A DNA stretch of 64,000 nucleotides from positions 400,024,001 to 400,088,000 of the forward strand of contig NC_067399.1 in assembly GCF_016432865.1 (NCBI RefSeq), given 5' to 3'. How positions within the stretch are numbered: the stretch's first letter is position 1; the number at the start of each line of letters is the position of its first letter. Below, piece after piece: positions 63,805 through 64,000 of the stretch. The position numbers and the translations under genes are program-made. The notes below the pieces were generated by a model. That model had not been told where the DNA came from, did not search any database, and saw only the letters and a program-made list of their open reading frames with translations. Source of the stretch: Antechinus flavipes. Taxonomy: Eukaryota.

Positions 63805-64000
63805 GTTGTTGTTATTGTTATTGTTGTTGTTTGACCTTTGTTCTCAAAGAAAATCATGACATCAAGGAGGTAATGCCATGACATGGAAGTGAGCTGGATT
63901 TAAGTGAGAAGGAACTCTGCAAAGTCATCAGAGTCACTTTCTCCTCCAGAGCCATTTGGCTCTAGTGACAAGACATATATCATTAACAACTGGAGATAGC
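63805..64000 (-). mobile_element. RTE-related marsupial SINE (WALLSI4/MAR4-like), truncated by window end
   Basis: (TTG)n then 'gtttgacctttgttctc...catgacatcaaggaggtaatgccatgac...ggatttaagtgag...ctttctcctccagagcc'. Confidence 0.7.

Noticed and set aside
1-64000. CRISPR arrays or prokaryotic-type systems
   Set aside because: The sequence is marsupial nuclear DNA and contains no repeat-spacer array.

Overview
Repeat-dense, AT-rich marsupial genomic DNA. It is most likely a dasyurid such as the Tasmanian devil or a relative; this is inferred from an OC1/OposCharlie1-type hAT MITE, WSINE1/MAR1-type SINEs and the L1 3'-end type. It is a draft assembly with three N gaps (153, 175 and 193 N). I recognise no protein-coding gene, RNA gene or endogenous viral gene. 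Nearly all ORFs in the supplied track are chance ORFs or L1/L2/SINE remnants. The window reads as a large intron or intergenic interval. It contains L1 fragments (four with readable target-site duplications), L2 and L3/CR1 relics, many MIR/MAR1/WSINE SINEs, three to four solo-LTR-like elements, several hAT MITEs and microsatellites. Two local duplications are present: a 288-bp near-perfect tandem copy, and a ~150-bp copy inside an L1 that is part identical and part diverged. A few unique, CpG-retaining patches carry plausible splice signals (about 1.8-2.9, 8.8-9.4, 22.2-22.5, 26.6-26.8, 41.1-41.3, 60.9-61.7 and 62.2 kb), but I could not assemble them into a recognisable gene. I found no convincing novel biological system. 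Family names come from memory of consensus sequences, and boundaries without TSDs are approximate.
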